Below are positions 19,005 through 29,678 of a DNA stretch of 64,000 bases, piece by piece. Made by a program: the position numbers and the translations under genes. The stretch covers positions 8,176-72,175 of the forward strand of contig CAZPUL010000002.1 of assembly GCA_964589735.1 (NCBI GenBank). Reading direction: 5' to 3'. Origin of the DNA: an uncultured Verrucomicrobiota bacterium (GTDB lineage: Bacteria; Verrucomicrobiota; Verrucomicrobiia; Limisphaerales; JAEYXS01). The notes under the pieces were generated by a model. The model had not been told where the DNA came from and did no database searches. It worked only from the letters and a program-made list of their open reading frames with translations. Numbering within the stretch: the first letter of the stretch is position 1; the number at the start of each line of letters is the position of its first letter.

Positions 19005-19712
19005 TCAGCACTTCGCACTCTTGCGCTTTTTGCCGATGGTGCCGCGGTCCTGGACTTTCCGGATGTAATCGGTGGCGGAGAAGACTTCGCAACTGTTGTT
19101 GCCGAGATCAGCCGAGACGGGGCCGATCTTCGCGGCGGTCTTCAGGGCGAGTTCGGTCAGGGATGATACATAACACCCCACGGCGATGAGGAACATGTTC
19201 ATCTGGTAGCGTACCGCATCAGGGGCCTTGTGGATCTCTTTCTGCACCCGCTGCAAGAGCTGTTTCAGTTCCGGAATGTCGAGGTCGGCGTCGGCCTTCA
19301 CCGAGACGAGGCTGGCGAAGGTGGCCCAACCGATGACGGCGATGAGCGGCTTGGGCGACTCGATCCATTTTAGCGCCATCTCATGCCCGTGCGGATTGCC
19401 GGCGGCCACACTGGCCACGGCTCCGGGCAGGGAACCGGCATAAGCGGCATCCGCCCAGTGCTGGAGGTCGCGCTTGGTCATGCGCGCATCGTCGGCGATG
19501 AGGCTGGCCAGGTACATCGCGTCGTAATTGCCTGTGGCGTAGAGATCGAGCGCGAGCTGGTAATCCATCTTGATGCGCTTCTGGATTTTCTTGAGATCGC
19601 CGATCTTCACCCCGAAGCAGGGCTCTTTGACACAGTAGTTGTTGACGAGCACATTCTTGTAGCTGGCGGTGCCGAGCGGCGCGAGTTCCGCGAGGATTTC
19701 GGTGGCAGTCAT
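19005..19712 (-). CDS. DNA alkylation repair (AlkD-like) protein
   Basis: VKIGDLKKIQKRIKMDYQLALDLYATGNYDAMYLASLIADDARMTKRDLQHWADAA. Confidence 0.8.
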   Translation of the reverse strand: MTATEILAELAPLGTASYKNVLVNNYCVKEPCFGVKIGDLKKIQKRIKMDYQLALDLYATGNYDAMYLASLIADDARMTKRDLQHWADAAYAGSLPGAVASVAAGNPHGHEMALKWIESPKPLIAVIGWATFASLVSVKADADLDIPELKQLLQRVQKEIHKAPDAVRYQMNMFLIAVGCYVSSLTELALKTAAKIGPVSADLGNNSCEVFSATDYIRKVQDRGTIGKKRKSAKC

Positions 19713-19823
19713 AGGGTTGCCACTCTTCTACCAGCAATTGGCCCAAAGGCCAGTGAGGAAATCTGGCGCAGCGATTTTGAATTGTCCAAAGCGCCGGTTG
19801 GGGGGACTCTATAGCGCAAGCAA

Positions 19824-22295
19824 ATGAACAGTAATTTCTTCAACCGACGTGCCGGTGTGGTGTCCGCAGCCATTTTGAGCCTGGGCTTGGGCTGGGGTGC
19901 GGTCTCCGGTGTGGCGGCGGGTGAGCGGCCGCGCAGCATCTCGGGCATCTATCCGCATCTGGCCTATTTCAACAATGAGGGCGAGTGCGGCACGGGCGCC
20001 GTGGTGCCGTGGGCAGACCGGCTCTGGGTCATCACGTATGGGCCGCATCTGCCAAAGGGGTCTTCGGACAAGCTGTATGAGATTGATCGCGATCTGAAGA
20101 TGACCGTGCGCCCCGAGAGCATTGGCGGCACGCCCGCGAACCGCTTCATCCATCGCGAATCGGAACAGTTGTTCATCGGGCCATACGCGATCAGTGAAAA
20201 AGGCGAAGTCCGCACCATTCCTTACTCGGTGATGTATGGCCGCCACACCGGCAATGCGCGGCATCTGACGGATCCGGAGAACAAGATCTATTACGCGACG
20301 ATGGAGGAGGGCATCTACGAAGTGGACGTGAAAACGCTCGCCGTGAAGATGCTTTATGCCGACGAACAGCTCAAAGATGCGAAGGAACCTAAGGCTGACC
20401 TGCCCGGTTATCACGGCAAGGGCCTCTACTCCGGCCAAGGGCGGCTCATCTACGCGAACAACGGCGAACATGGCCCGAAAGCACTCGTCGATCCCTCCAT
20501 CCCCTCGGGTGTGCTCGCGGAATGGGATGGCAAAGATTGGAAAATTGTCCGCCGCAATCAATTCACCGAAGTGACCGGACCGGGCGGCATCTACGGGAAT
20601 GACCGCGCGGAGAAAGACCCCGTGTGGGCCATCGGTTGGGATTACCGTTCGCTCATCCTGATGCTCTTGGACAAGGGCCAGTGGCACGCCTATCGCTTGC
20701 CGAAGGGCAGCCATAGCTATGATGGCGCGCACGGCTGGAACACCGAATGGCCGCGCATCCGCGACATCGGCGAGGGCGACCTGCTGATGACGATGCACGG
20801 GACGTTCTGGAAGTTCCCGAAAGATTTCAGCTTTGAAGATTCCGAAGGCATCGTGCCGCGCTCGAACTATCTGAAAGTCATTGGCGACTTCACCGAGTGG
20901 CGCGGCAAAGTCGTCTTCGGCTGCGATGACACGGCGAAGAACGAGTTCCTGAACAAGCGCAAGGCGAAGGGTGAACTCGCCGGTCCCGGCCAATCGCAAT
21001 CCAACCTGTGGTTCGTGGAACCGGATCAGATCGATGAATTCGGTTCGGCGCTGGGTCGGGGTGCGGTGTGGTTCGATGAAGCGGTGAAGGCGAACACGCC
21101 CTCCGATGCGTTCCTGTTCGAAGGTTATGAGCAGCGCGGCGTGCATCTGACGCATGACAGCGAAAAGCCGGTGACGTTCACCTTCGAGGTGGACCGCAAG
21201 GGGCGGGGCGAGTGGAAGGGCCTGTGCGTGATCGAGGTCCCGGCCAAGGGTTATCGCTGGCTGGAATTCTCGCCGAAGGACAAGGGCGCCTGGGTGCGCG
21301 TGAGTGTGAGCAAGGACACAAAAGCCACGGCGCTCTTCAACTACAGCAACAAAGACCAGCGCGGCAACGAGGCGAGCGAGATTTTCCGGGGCATCGCGAC
21401 GGTGAAGGACAAATACGTCTCCGGCGGGCTCATCCGTGCGCGCGGTGAAAATCTGCGCACGCTGAACTTCGCCGCCCAACGGGCGAGCAACGGCACCACG
21501 ACCGATGCCGGTTACTTCGAACTCGGCGCGGACTTGAAGCTGAGGAAGGTGAATGACCCGAAGGCGCAGGATTGGCTGGAGAAGAATGTAGCGATCCCGC
21601 ACGGGATGTTTCAGGTGGACGCAGCCTCCGTCATCTTCACGGATGACAAGGGCAACCGCTGGCGTCTGCCGAAGGGTGATGCGGCCTTTGACCAACCGGG
21701 CGCGCTGGGCGATGAACGCATCGACCGCGAGGTCTGCACCGAGCGCGATCTCTTCAACTGTCACGGCACGTTCTATGAGTTGCCCGCGGAGAATGCGGGT
21801 GGTTTCGCCAAGGTCCGTCCGGTGACCACGCACAACCGGCGCATCAAAGATTACACGAGCTATCGTGGCTTGCTCATCATGACGGGCATCAGCGACGGTG
21901 CACCGAAGACTTCGGAACACATCATCCGTTCGGAAGATGGCAAAGTGGCCTTGTGGGCGGGCGGCGTGGATGACTTGTGGAAGTTCGGCAAGGTGCGTGG
22001 TAACGGTGGTCCGTGGAAGGATACCGAAGTGAAAGCGAACGAGGTGTCTGATGCCTACCTGATGACGGGTTATGATAAAAAATCCGTCACTTTCCAACAC
22101 GATGCCAAAGACCCGCTGAGGGTGCGCATCGAGGTGGACATCACCGGCACGGGGCTGTGGCGCACGTATCAAGTGGTTGAAGTTCCCGCCAAAACCACGG
22201 TGACGCACAATTTCCCCGATGCCTTGCAAGCGTATTGGGTGCGGGTGGTGGCGGACAAGGTTTGCAAGGCGACCGCGCAATTCCGGTACGAATAG
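19824..22295 (+). CDS. Large exported hypothetical protein, WD/SGL-like N-terminal half
   Basis: 823 aa, signal peptide, repeated beta-propeller-like patches; no family recognised. Confidence 0.75.
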   Translation: MNSNFFNRRAGVVSAAILSLGLGWGAVSGVAAGERPRSISGIYPHLAYFNNEGECGTGAVVPWADRLWVITYGPHLPKGSSDKLYEIDRDLKMTVRPESIGGTPANRFIHRESEQLFIGPYAISEKGEVRTIPYSVMYGRHTGNARHLTDPENKIYYATMEEGIYEVDVKTLAVKMLYADEQLKDAKEPKADLPGYHGKGLYSGQGRLIYANNGEHGPKALVDPSIPSGVLAEWDGKDWKIVRRNQFTEVTGPGGIYGNDRAEKDPVWAIGWDYRSLILMLLDKGQWHAYRLPKGSHSYDGAHGWNTEWPRIRDIGEGDLLMTMHGTFWKFPKDFSFEDSEGIVPRSNYLKVIGDFTEWRGKVVFGCDDTAKNEFLNKRKAKGELAGPGQSQSNLWFVEPDQIDEFGSALGRGAVWFDEAVKANTPSDAFLFEGYEQRGVHLTHDSEKPVTFTFEVDRKGRGEWKGLCVIEVPAKGYRWLEFSPKDKGAWVRVSVSKDTKATALFNYSNKDQRGNEASEIFRGIATVKDKYVSGGLIRARGENLRTLNFAAQRASNGTTTDAGYFELGADLKLRKVNDPKAQDWLEKNVAIPHGMFQVDAASVIFTDDKGNRWRLPKGDAAFDQPGALGDERIDREVCTERDLFNCHGTFYELPAENAGGFAKVRPVTTHNRRIKDYTSYRGLLIMTGISDGAPKTSEHIIRSEDGKVALWAGGVDDLWKFGKVRGNGGPWKDTEVKANEVSDAYLMTGYDKKSVTFQHDAKDPLRVRIEVDITGTGLWRTYQVVEVPAKTTVTHNFPDALQAYWVRVVADKVCKATAQFRYE

Positions 22296-22371
22296 GCTGT
22301 TTTGTTTTGGTCAGGGTGCCTGAAACACAACAAATATTTTCAACCATTAGAAATTGTTAGAAATCTGATTA

Positions 22372-24066
22372 TTGGGCGTGTTTAACTGGCGGTGGCTTGG
22401 GGACAGGCTGCCGCAGGTGAGGGGATTCCACCACGGCTGCCGCCTGAGCCGTTGTCAACCCGTCACGTCCATGGCGGAATCACCGAACCAGCCAGTCAGC
22501 ATCAAGCGGTCTTCTCCCAAAGAAGGCGGTACGGAGTCATTGCTCAATGTCACCGACTCGCTCAACTCCTTGCGCCATGGTCTGCGCACGCCGTTGAACC
22601 AGGTGCTCGGTTACACCGAGATGTTGATGGAGGATGTGGCGGGCCGCTCGACGCAGGCATTGCTGCCTGACCTGGAGCGCATCCACCTGATCGGCGGGCA
22701 ATTGCTGGCGCTCATCAATGAGGGTCTGGCTCCGTGGAAGCTCATGGTCGGCCGCGTGGACCTCGATACGATGGGTTTCGAGATGCGCAGCCCGCTGAAT
22801 CTGATCATGGGTTATGCGGAATTGTGCCAGGAGATCGCCCTTGAACTCGGCGACAAGCGGCTGGTGCCGGACCTGCAAAAGATCATCGGTGCCGCGAAGA
22901 ATCTGCAGAATGCCTTCGAGAGCCCTTCCTTGAAAGAACGTGTGCATCGCTGTCTGCAAAGCGAGAAATCCAAACACCGCACCCGTTGGTTGATGGAAGA
23001 ACCGCCGGAATCCCCGCAGGAGGAGGGGGTGATCCTCATCGTGGATGACAATGAGATGAACCGGGACATGCTCTGCCGTCGGCTGGAGCGTTACGGCTAC
23101 GTCACTTACGAGGCGGAGAACGGCAAGGAAGGTTTCGAACTGGCCCGCAAACACAAGCCGGATCTGATCCTCATGGACGTGGTGATGCCCGGCTCCAATG
23201 GTTACGAGTATCTGGAGCAGTATAAGACGGACCCTACGCTCGGCCACATCCCGGTCATCATGATCTCCGCCTTGGATGAGATGGAGGTGACCATCCGTTG
23301 CATCGAGATCGGCGCAGAAGATTACATCCCGAAGCCCTTCAACCCGGTGCTGCTGAAGGCGCGCATCGAGGCTTCCGTGCTGAAGAAGCGTTTGCGCGAC
23401 CAGGAAAAGGCTCTGATCGACATGATGCGGGCCGAGCGCGAACGGTTGGAACAAGTGCTGAACGGGGCGCTGCCCCAAGTGGCGGCCAATCGTGTCCGTC
23501 AGGGCGAGCCGGGCGGAGTGGATGAAGCCGCGGAGGCGTCCGTGCTGATGGTGGAGGTGGTGGATTTCAAGTCGTTGGCCGGCCAATTGCCCGCGAAGCA
23601 AGCTTCGGCCGTGCTCACGGAGCTGTCCATGACACTCGACTGGCTGGCCCGGTTCAACAAGTCGGACAAGATCCGGACGGGGCCGGGACAGTTCATCATC
23701 GTCACCGGCTTGCTGGCGGCACGAAGCGATCATGCTACCACGGTCTGTGACATCGCGTTGAAACTGCAGCATGTGCTGCCGCTGTTGCGCGCGCAGACAA
23801 AGACGGAGCTGCAACTGCGCATCACCATAGCCTCTGGAGCGGTGGCGGGCGGCGTGATCGGTCGCGCGAGTTATTACTACGAGATCTGGGGCGAAGCGGT
23901 GAACAAGGCGACGCAGTTGGCGGCGGAAGCGGAACCCGGTGCGGTGTTGCTGGATGAGCAGTGTGCCCGGCTGGTGCAGGAGCAGTTCAAACTGGAGGCT
24001 ACGAAATCATCAGGCTCATGGCGGCTGGTGGGCCGTCAGGCAGCAGTCACTTCGGCGGCGGCCTGA
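22372..24066 (+). CDS. HisKA-like helices + receiver (REC) domain + degenerate class III cyclase-like domain
   Basis: SLRHGLRTPLNQVLGYTEML; ILIVDDNEMNRDMLCRRLERYGY...PDLILMDVVMPGSNGYEYL...KPFNPVLLKARIEA; WGEAVNKATQLAAEAEPGAVLLDEQCA. The true start is uncertain. Confidence 0.8.
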   Translation: MGVFNWRWLGDRLPQVRGFHHGCRLSRCQPVTSMAESPNQPVSIKRSSPKEGGTESLLNVTDSLNSLRHGLRTPLNQVLGYTEMLMEDVAGRSTQALLPDLERIHLIGGQLLALINEGLAPWKLMVGRVDLDTMGFEMRSPLNLIMGYAELCQEIALELGDKRLVPDLQKIIGAAKNLQNAFESPSLKERVHRCLQSEKSKHRTRWLMEEPPESPQEEGVILIVDDNEMNRDMLCRRLERYGYVTYEAENGKEGFELARKHKPDLILMDVVMPGSNGYEYLEQYKTDPTLGHIPVIMISALDEMEVTIRCIEIGAEDYIPKPFNPVLLKARIEASVLKKRLRDQEKALIDMMRAERERLEQVLNGALPQVAANRVRQGEPGGVDEAAEASVLMVEVVDFKSLAGQLPAKQASAVLTELSMTLDWLARFNKSDKIRTGPGQFIIVTGLLAARSDHATTVCDIALKLQHVLPLLRAQTKTELQLRITIASGAVAGGVIGRASYYYEIWGEAVNKATQLAAEAEPGAVLLDEQCARLVQEQFKLEATKSSGSWRLVGRQAAVTSAAA

Positions 24067-24071
24067 TGCAT

Positions 24072-24995
24072 TCAAATATCCGGCACCACGAATTTTTGAC
24101 GCAAGAGCGAGAGGAGCGCGGAAACGGCGGTGAGATCGTCCGGCATCTGGTCGATGACGCGGCTGACAATCCCCAGTTCCATCACCAGCAGCAGGGCCTG
24201 CATCTCATCCGGTGGCAGACCAGCCTGCAATCCGGACAAACTTTCGCTGAGCTTTAGTTTGCTATCCCAAGAGGGCAGCTCCGCTTCCAGTGCCTTGATC
24301 TCATCCAGCAGGCGCAAGCCATCGAGGATGGCATTATCTGCCGAAAGTTCGATCTCGTCGGTCACCGGCTGCACGGGGCCTTGTTCGAATACGAAGGTGC
24401 CTTTCGTCCAGCGGAAGATGCGATGTAAGGCGCGCAAGGGCGGCAGCTCGCTGTCATCAATGGTCGCATAGCACACATGTCCGTCGCGGATATGGATACG
24501 GCCCACGACCGGCAGATTCTCAATCCTGACAACTCCAGAACGGCCGTAACGACACAGGAACTGGAGCAGATCCGGAACGGGTGTATCCGCGATGTTGCCA
24601 GCGAGACCGGTAGTGCGATCCTCCTGGCCGCGGGTGCGGACTTTGCTCACGAAGTGGATCTCTGTCTCGCCGCTGGGTTGTTGCGCGGAGATGCTGAAGC
24701 GCGTGATAGACACTACGAGGATGAGTATCTTGCCCAGCCGTAACCGGTCCCCTTCGCGCAGTTCCGCCTGAGCCACCTGCTCCTGGTTTACCTGCACGAA
24801 TTCACCCGTATTCAGGCTGCGGATGGCGGCCCGGTCGCCCCAGCCGGTCACCACGGCGAAGCGCTGGGAGTTGTCGGTCGGGTTGACTGTGATGTCGTCG
24901 TCATCCGTGCGATTCAGCAGCAAAGCACCGCCATCAGGCACGGGGAACTCCCCTCCTTTGTTCGCGCCGTTCAAAAAATGCAAAGCAAGCGCCAC
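24072..24995 (-). CDS. FHA domain + DUF4388 (PATAN-like) domain protein
   Basis: N-terminal FHA-like 'GGEFPVPDGGALLLNRTDDDDITVNPTDNSQRFAVV' and 'NIADTPVPDLLQFLCRYGRSGVVRIENLPVVGRIHIRDGHVCYA'. Confidence 0.75.
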   Translation of the reverse strand: MALALHFLNGANKGGEFPVPDGGALLLNRTDDDDITVNPTDNSQRFAVVTGWGDRAAIRSLNTGEFVQVNQEQVAQAELREGDRLRLGKILILVVSITRFSISAQQPSGETEIHFVSKVRTRGQEDRTTGLAGNIADTPVPDLLQFLCRYGRSGVVRIENLPVVGRIHIRDGHVCYATIDDSELPPLRALHRIFRWTKGTFVFEQGPVQPVTDEIELSADNAILDGLRLLDEIKALEAELPSWDSKLKLSESLSGLQAGLPPDEMQALLLVMELGIVSRVIDQMPDDLTAVSALLSLLRQKFVVPDI

Positions 24996-25126
24996 AGCGC
25001 ACGCATCTTTGTGAGGTCAGAGTTGATTGACAAGGGGGTTAGACGGCCGTTTCCATGAATCTTTTTACTGGCACTTGCCGCTTTCATGTTTGAAGCGGCA
25101 GGCTTCCTGCTCCACGTTGTAATCGC

Positions 25127-25654
25127 ATGCGAGACCGGATTGCAATCGTGTCAGGTGACATAACAAAACAGCGGGTGGATGCCATCGTCAATGCGGCGAA
25201 CAGTTCGCTCACGGGCGGGGCGGGGGTGGATGGAGCCATCCATGCGGCGGCCGGGCAGGAGCTTTACGAGGAATGCCTGGCGCTGGGCGGCTGCCCTACC
25301 GGCGAGGCCAAGGCGACCAAGGGTTACGCCCTGCCGGCCAAATGGGTCATCCACACGGTCGGCCCCATCTGGCGCGATGGCAAGCGCGGGGAGCCGGAGA
25401 AGCTGGCCCGGTGCTATCAGAACTCCTTGAAAGTGGCGGCGGGCTTGCCGGCGAAGACCGTGGCCTTTCCCTGCATCAGCACCGGCGCGTATGGCTTCCC
25501 CATCGAGGAAGCCACGGAGATTGCGCTCAATGAGACCTTCAAATTCCTCCAGCAGGATGAAAGCATTGAGCAGGTCACTTTCGTTTGTTTTGGTCAATCG
25601 ACCTTGAACACCTATCAGCAGATGCTGGAAAAGCATCTGGCCCAATCTTCTTGA
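25127..25654 (+). CDS. Macro domain protein (O-acetyl-ADP-ribose deacetylase-like)
   Basis: DAIVNAANSSLTGGAGVDGAIHAAAGQELYEEC and ISTGAYGFPIEEATEIAL. Confidence 0.92.
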   Translation: MRDRIAIVSGDITKQRVDAIVNAANSSLTGGAGVDGAIHAAAGQELYEECLALGGCPTGEAKATKGYALPAKWVIHTVGPIWRDGKRGEPEKLARCYQNSLKVAAGLPAKTVAFPCISTGAYGFPIEEATEIALNETFKFLQQDESIEQVTFVCFGQSTLNTYQQMLEKHLAQSS

Positions 25655-25717
25655 GCGCGGGTTCGCGCGGATAAATGTTTGTCCAAAGACGGCGATTGGG
25701 GACTAATGTCCTTAATC

Positions 25718-26983
25718 ATGAATCGCCGAACCTTTTTGGCCAGCACACTGGCGTCTGCCATCGTTGCCAGCACATCCTCTTCCCTGTCTGCAGATAAGAA
25801 ACGCGCCCCGCGCATTTTGCTGCGCTCCTCCTGGCAGGTCGTGAACATCGGGGACATCGCCCACACGCCGGGCGTGCTCACGCTCATCGAGAAATATATT
25901 CCGGAAGCGGAGGTCATCCTCTGGCCCTCGGGCGACATCACGCCCGAAGTGATCGCCATGGAGCACAAACGCTTTCCGAAATTGAAGTTCGTGAAAGGCG
26001 GCATCAATCCGGACGGCACCACCAAGGTCAAGGAACTCGAGGAAGCCATCCAATGGTGCGATTTCATCTTGCACGGCTCCGGGCCCTCCATGGTCGCCTA
26101 CAAGGATGTGTCCGCCGCCGTGAAACTCACCGGCAAACCCTTCGGAGTTTACGGCATCACTTACGGTGGCAGCTCGAAGGAACAGCAGGAATTCATGGGC
26201 AAGGCCAAGTTCCTCTACTTCCGCGACACCGTCTCGCTCGCCAAGGCGAAGGCCGAAGGCATCAACTGCCCCATCATGGAATTCGGTCCCGATGGTGCCT
26301 TCGCCGTCGATCTGCGTGATGATGCTCCTGCGGCCGCTTTCTTGAAAGCGAACGGGCTCGAAGAAAAGAAATTCCTCTGCTGCCTCGCGCGCTATCGCTA
26401 CACGCCTTACTGGCTCGTGAAAGAAGGTCGCGCGAAAGACGCCAAGCGTGATGCCCGCAATCAGGAGATGCGCGATCACGATACCAAACCGCTCCGCGAC
26501 GCCATTATTGCCGTGGTGAAACAGACTGATCACAAGGTGCTGCTCTGCCCGGAAGACGCCACGCAGATGACCATCACGAAGGAAGACATTTACGACAAGC
26601 TGCCTGAAGACGTGAAAAAGCGCGTCGTGTGGCGCGAGAAATTCTGGCTCACGGATGAAGCCCTCAGCACATATTTAAAATCCTCCGGTATCTTCGGTCT
26701 GGAGATGCACTCGCCCATCATGTGCATCGGCAACGGCATTCCGGCCATCGTGTGCCGCTTTGAAGAACAGACCACCAAAGGTTTCATGTGGCGCGACATC
26801 GGCCTCGGCGACTGGCTCTTCGACATGGATAAACCCGACGAAGTCGCCAAGCTCACCGAAACCGTCCTCAGCCTCGTGAAAGACCCGAAAGGCGCGAAAG
26901 CCAAAGTGGCCGAAGCGGCGAAGTTTGTCGAAGAACGGCAACGCATCACAATGGGCGTGGTGAAGAGCAATCTGCCTGCTTGA
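25718..26983 (+). CDS. Polysaccharide pyruvyl transferase family protein with an exported-type N-terminus
   Basis: [25 protein letters not shown] then [28 protein letters not shown] and the '[10 protein letters not shown]' region. Confidence 0.7.
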   Translation: MNRRTFLASTLASAIVASTSSSLSADKKRAPRILLRSSWQVVNIGDIAHTPGVLTLIEKYIPEAEVILWPSGDITPEVIAMEHKRFPKLKFVKGGINPDGTTKVKELEEAIQWCDFILHGSGPSMVAYKDVSAAVKLTGKPFGVYGITYGGSSKEQQEFMGKAKFLYFRDTVSLAKAKAEGINCPIMEFGPDGAFAVDLRDDAPAAAFLKANGLEEKKFLCCLARYRYTPYWLVKEGRAKDAKRDARNQEMRDHDTKPLRDAIIAVVKQTDHKVLLCPEDATQMTITKEDIYDKLPEDVKKRVVWREKFWLTDEALSTYLKSSGIFGLEMHSPIMCIGNGIPAIVCRFEEQTTKGFMWRDIGLGDWLFDMDKPDEVAKLTETVLSLVKDPKGAKAKVAEAAKFVEERQRITMGVVKSNLPA

Positions 26984-27002
26984 ATTTAAATCTGGAGGGA
27001 AC

Positions 27003-27968
27003 ATGAAACTTTTTTCGATGACTGTGGTGACGGCGCTTGCGATGTCGTGCGGTCTGCTCGACGGTGCGGAAGCTGTAGGGAAAGCCAAGGTGGTGACTGA
27101 GACCCCGAACCTCATCGCCTTCTGGACATTTGGTGAAGAGGCGGGGCAGCCGCGTAATTCCAGTGGCACTAAGGAAAAGCATCCCATGAAAGAAGTCGGC
27201 ACTCCCATCGTCCGCGTGGAAGGCGGGCCTTTCTCTGGCTATGCGGCTGATTTGAATGGGAAGCAGTATTTCTCGATTCCCTATGCCGAGACGGGTGATC
27301 TGAATATCGGCGGACCGGGAGCGCAGGTGAGCATGTTCGCCGTGGTGAACATCCAGAATCTCAAGCAGAGCCGCACCATCGCGGGCATGTGGAGCGAGGG
27401 CAAAGGCGCGAATGATGACACCGGCACGCGCCAATACGCGATGCTCATGAACATGCCCACCTACGGCGGCCCGAACAAACTCGTGCCGCATATCTCCAGC
27501 GAAGGCGGGGTGACTCGGCGTGCGGATGGCAGCGCCTTTCCTTGGTGCGCCGATTACGCCGCCACAAAGAGCGAGGTGCCCACGAACCAATGGTGTACGC
27601 TCGCCTTCACCTACGATGGCAAATACATCCGCGCTTACATCAACGGCGTGCTCGACAAGATGGAACTCGATCCTGTGAAGCACAAACGCACCGACCCTTA
27701 CTTCACGAACGAAGGCCCGGGCGGCAAAGATCGCGGCATGAATCCGTATTATCACGGGCGAGGCATCTTCAGTTACGACCCGGAGAAGCACAAAGACCGC
27801 ATCGGTGGCGCGGACTTCACTGTAGGCGCACGCTATGCCGTCGGCTCCATGCTCGGTGAAGCGACCATCGGCAAATTCGGCGGCCTCGCCGTCTTCAACC
27901 GCGCATTGACGGATGAAGAAATGAAGAAACTGCACGACGCTGCGAATGTAAGTGCGTTGAACAAATAA
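27003..27968 (+). CDS. LamG/concanavalin-like exported protein
   Basis: [29 protein letters not shown]-like region and '[22 protein letters not shown]'. Confidence 0.8.
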   Translation: MKLFSMTVVTALAMSCGLLDGAEAVGKAKVVTETPNLIAFWTFGEEAGQPRNSSGTKEKHPMKEVGTPIVRVEGGPFSGYAADLNGKQYFSIPYAETGDLNIGGPGAQVSMFAVVNIQNLKQSRTIAGMWSEGKGANDDTGTRQYAMLMNMPTYGGPNKLVPHISSEGGVTRRADGSAFPWCADYAATKSEVPTNQWCTLAFTYDGKYIRAYINGVLDKMELDPVKHKRTDPYFTNEGPGGKDRGMNPYYHGRGIFSYDPEKHKDRIGGADFTVGARYAVGSMLGEATIGKFGGLAVFNRALTDEEMKKLHDAANVSALNK

Positions 27969-27989
27969 TCATTTCGGGAAGCAAACCAC

Positions 27990-29678
27990 ATGAACCGCCG
28001 CCAGTTTCTTAAAGCCTCGGGCACCGTCACCGCAGGTGCGTTGCTCGCCGGTGAAGTCTGCCCGCTTTCCGCTAATCTCATCAGCCCAAAAGAACGTGAC
28101 GTCATCGTCTATTCTGGCGTGCCGTGCGGCATCGCGGCGGCCATCCATGCCGCGCGTGAGGGTGCCAGGGTTCTCCTTATCGAACCCACCAAACACCTCG
28201 GCGGCCTCAGCACCAGCGGTATCAACACGGCGGAAAGCGAGCACATGCTCAAGTGGACCATCGGCGGTTTTGCCGATGAGTTTTACCGTCGTTTGGGCAA
28301 GCATTACGAGGACACCAAGGACCAGCAAGCGAAGCTGAAAGAAGGAGACCGCCTAAACACGGCGTATTTCTTTGAGTCCAGTGTGGCGGAGAAGGTGTAT
28401 CTGGACATGCTGAATGAGGCGAAGATAGAGACGATGTACGGGGTGTGGGTGGAGAACGTAGAGAAGACGGGTGCCAAGATCACCACCATCAAACTCAGCA
28501 ATGGGCTCATTCTTTCTGCCAAAATTTTCATCGATGCCAGCTATGAAGGGGATCTGATGGCGCGGGCGGGGGTGAAGTATTCCATCGGCCGCGAAAGCAA
28601 AGCCGAGTTCGGCGAGGAAGCGGCGGGCATCCGTTTCGACAAGACGCCGCGCAAAGCCGCCACGGTGGATGCCCAAGGCAATCTGCTGCCCGGCATCAGT
28701 GCGTGGGCGAAAGACTTGAAGGAAGGCGATGCCCATCGCTCGCCGATGAACTACAATTTTCGCCTCTGCTTCGCCAAGGACAAGAACCTGCAAGTGCCCA
28801 TCCCCGCGCCGAAGCATTACGACCGCAAACGTTATCAATTGCTTGAGAACTGGTTCAATGAGAAGACCGCGAAGAAAGAGGCGGTGAAGCTCACGGACAT
28901 TCTCGACTTCTACGCCCGTCGCAATGGCAAGTATGAGGTGAACAACAAACAGGCGGCGATCTTTTCCATCGGCCATTTCGGCGGACAGTTCGAGTATTCC
29001 GATGCGGATTACGCGAAGCGCGAGCAGATCATCGAGGATCACTGGGATTACACCCTCGGCCTGCTGCACTTCCTCGCGAATGAAGCGAGTGTGCCCGAGA
29101 ATGTCCGTACGGAGATGAAGTCATGGGGCCTGCACAAAGACGAGTTCAAAGACAACGGCAATCTGCCGTATCAACTCTACGTGCGTGAGGCGCGTCGCAT
29201 GCGCGGTCAATACGTCGTCACGCAGATGGATGTGCAGGAAAACCGCCGCAAGCCGGACAGCATCGGCCTCAGCAGCCATTTCATCGACAGCCACCACGTG
29301 CAGCGCGTGGCCCTGTCACCCACGGAGTTCGTGAACGAAGGCCGCATCTGGCGCGTGAGTCGCGCATATCAGATGCCCTACCGCGCCTTTACGCCGAAGA
29401 AAGCCGAGTGCGAGAATCTCTTGGTGCCTGGGGCCGTTAGCTTCACCCATGTCGCCTTCTGCTCCTATCGCCTGGAAAGCGTATGGATGATCGCCGGACA
29501 TGCTTGCGGTGTGGCGGCGGCCATGGCGGCGAAAGCGAAGCAAACGGTGCATGAAGTAGATGTGCCGAAGTTGCAGGAGAAACTCCGTGCGCAGAAGCAA
29601 GTCGTCGATTTCATCCCCGGCCAGCCTGAGTTCTGGTATGACGTGAACAAGACGCCGAACGGACCGCCGGAGTTCTAG
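27990..29678 (+). CDS. FAD-dependent oxidoreductase, exported (Tat-like leader)
   Basis: MNRRQFLKASGTVTAGALL; DVIVYSGVPCGIAAAIHAAREGARVLLIEPTKHLGGLSTSG; FIDASYEGDLMARAGV. Confidence 0.88.
   Translation: MNRRQFLKASGTVTAGALLAGEVCPLSANLISPKERDVIVYSGVPCGIAAAIHAAREGARVLLIEPTKHLGGLSTSGINTAESEHMLKWTIGGFADEFYRRLGKHYEDTKDQQAKLKEGDRLNTAYFFESSVAEKVYLDMLNEAKIETMYGVWVENVEKTGAKITTIKLSNGLILSAKIFIDASYEGDLMARAGVKYSIGRESKAEFGEEAAGIRFDKTPRKAATVDAQGNLLPGISAWAKDLKEGDAHRSPMNYNFRLCFAKDKNLQVPIPAPKHYDRKRYQLLENWFNEKTAKKEAVKLTDILDFYARRNGKYEVNNKQAAIFSIGHFGGQFEYSDADYAKREQIIEDHWDYTLGLLHFLANEASVPENVRTEMKSWGLHKDEFKDNGNLPYQLYVREARRMRGQYVVTQMDVQENRRKPDSIGLSSHFIDSHHVQRVALSPTEFVNEGRIWRVSRAYQMPYRAFTPKKAECENLLVPGAVSFTHVAFCSYRLESVWMIAGHACGVAAAMAAKAKQTVHEVDVPKLQEKLRAQKQVVDFIPGQPEFWYDVNKTPNGPPEF

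Noticed and set aside
19809-22280. 823-aa antisense ORF mirroring the plus-strand 823-aa gene
   Set aside because: Shadow ORF from high-GC codon bias; the plus strand has a signal peptide and sensible protein composition, while the antisense is His/Arg/Val-rich with no recognisable motif.
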